Assembly (NCBI GenBank): GCA_963422265.1
Contig: OY729416.1
Coordinates: forward strand, 1,248,001 to 1,312,000
Direction of reading: 5' to 3'
Length of the DNA stretch: 64,000 nt
Source: Thermodesulfobacteriota bacterium
GTDB lineage: Bacteria; Desulfobacterota_D; UBA1144; Nemesobacterales; UBA2774
The notes below the pieces were generated by a model. It was not told the origin of the DNA. It saw only the letters and a list, made by a program, of their open reading frames with translations, and searched no databases. Made by a program: the position numbers and the translations under genes. This document shows, piece by piece, positions 63,267 through 64,000 of this stretch (the stretch's first letter is position 1; the number at the start of each line of letters is the position of its first letter).

Positions 63267-63518
63267 ACCGAGACTCCCCTTAATTAGAAATCCTTTCTAT
63301 ACTACAGAAACAGGATACATTGTCAACGATGTCCCGGAACGCTTGTCAAACATGTAACAAGCACTTGCGACAACTGGAGAAGAATAATTTCCCCACTACA
63401 ACTAAATTTGGAGAACTCCCTAAATGATTAAAGAGCTAATATTCCATGGCACCCATTGTTAAGCGTAAAGATAAAGATGTATAATCCTCCTAAAAGTGTG
63501 TTTTGGAGGTGTGTGCTA

Positions 63519-64000
63519 GTGGTTGAAGAAATTAGAAAATATGGTCTTTTCATAAATGGAGAGGAAGCGGAATCTTTATCTGGAGCAACCTACTGCAGGG
63601 AAAATCCCGCAACGGAAGAGGTGCTTGCCGTGGTTTCAGAAGCGCAGAGAGAAGACGTGGATAAAGCCGTCACGGCTGCCGATAAAGCCTTTGGTGCATG
63701 GTCTAAAACGCCAGTTGCAGAAAGAATCAAACATTTACTGGTAATCGCCAAGCTCTTAGAACAAAACAAAGAAACTATAGCTTTAACCAACACGCTCGAG
63801 ACCGGAAAACCAATTCGTGAAAGCCGATTTGAGGTGGGGGGATGCGTCAGAACCCTTGAATACTACGCCAGCATTGGCAATAGATTAAACGGTGAAACTA
63901 TCTCAGCGTCTGAAGATAGACTAACTATGACGATAAGAGAGCCAATAGGTATTGCCTCCCATATAATCCCGTGGAATTTTCCGCTTCTACTTTCATTTTG
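63519..64000 (+). CDS. Aldehyde dehydrogenase family protein (runs off window end)
   Basis: GTG after GGAGGT; LFINGE, NPATEEVL, DVDKAV, ETGKPI, REPIGI..HIIPWNFP. Confidence 0.92.
   Translation, partial: MVEEIRKYGLFINGEEAESLSGATYCRENPATEEVLAVVSEAQREDVDKAVTAADKAFGAWSKTPVAERIKHLLVIAKLLEQNKETIALTNTLETGKPIRESRFEVGGCVRTLEYYASIGNRLNGETISASEDRLTMTIREPIGIASHIIPWNFPLLLSF

Noticed and set aside
63321-63348. BirA operator upstream of bioB (TGTCAAC-N14-CTTGTCA)
   Set aside because: Only 5/7 symmetric and equally explained as two TTGACA -35 boxes; too weak to call.
1-64000. CRISPR array, rRNA, IS elements
   Set aside because: No regularly spaced repeats, rRNA signatures or transposase motifs found by eye.

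Overview
Bacterial chromosomal window, mostly housekeeping genes (rluD, dapL, purB, gshA, argH, tilS, ihfA, pheT, pyrF, ispD/ispF, comEC, tRNA-Ala, leuA, gcvP, recJ, aroQ, murJ, polA, uvrC, uvrB, lsrF, bioF/bioA/bioB). Gene content suggests a deltaproteobacteria-like or Dadabacteria-like organism, but this is an impression, not tested. I found no integrase, transposase, CRISPR array or rRNA. The standout is a ~7.2 kb minus-strand locus (50438-57666) encoding an Ltp2-like thiolase-fold protein lacking the catalytic Cys, a DUF35/OB-fold protein, a MaoC hydratase, an AmiS/UreI channel, an SCP2-type thiolase, two tandem acetoacetate-decarboxylase-like paralogues and a hypothetical protein. Its coding strand is almost free of synonymous and intergenic cytosine; the depletion starts at predicted TTGACA promoters and weakens behind predicted terminators, suggesting a very highly transcribed pathway of unknown substrate. 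Other points: bioB appears to need an ATT start codon; two candidate structured RNAs (pyrF leader, 141-nt rod before a TPR gene); two decaying pseudogenes (GT2 glycosyltransferase, defence-type ABC/AAA ATPase); degenerate catalytic motifs in the PolA 3'-5' exonuclease and ComEC. All counts and alignments were done by eye.
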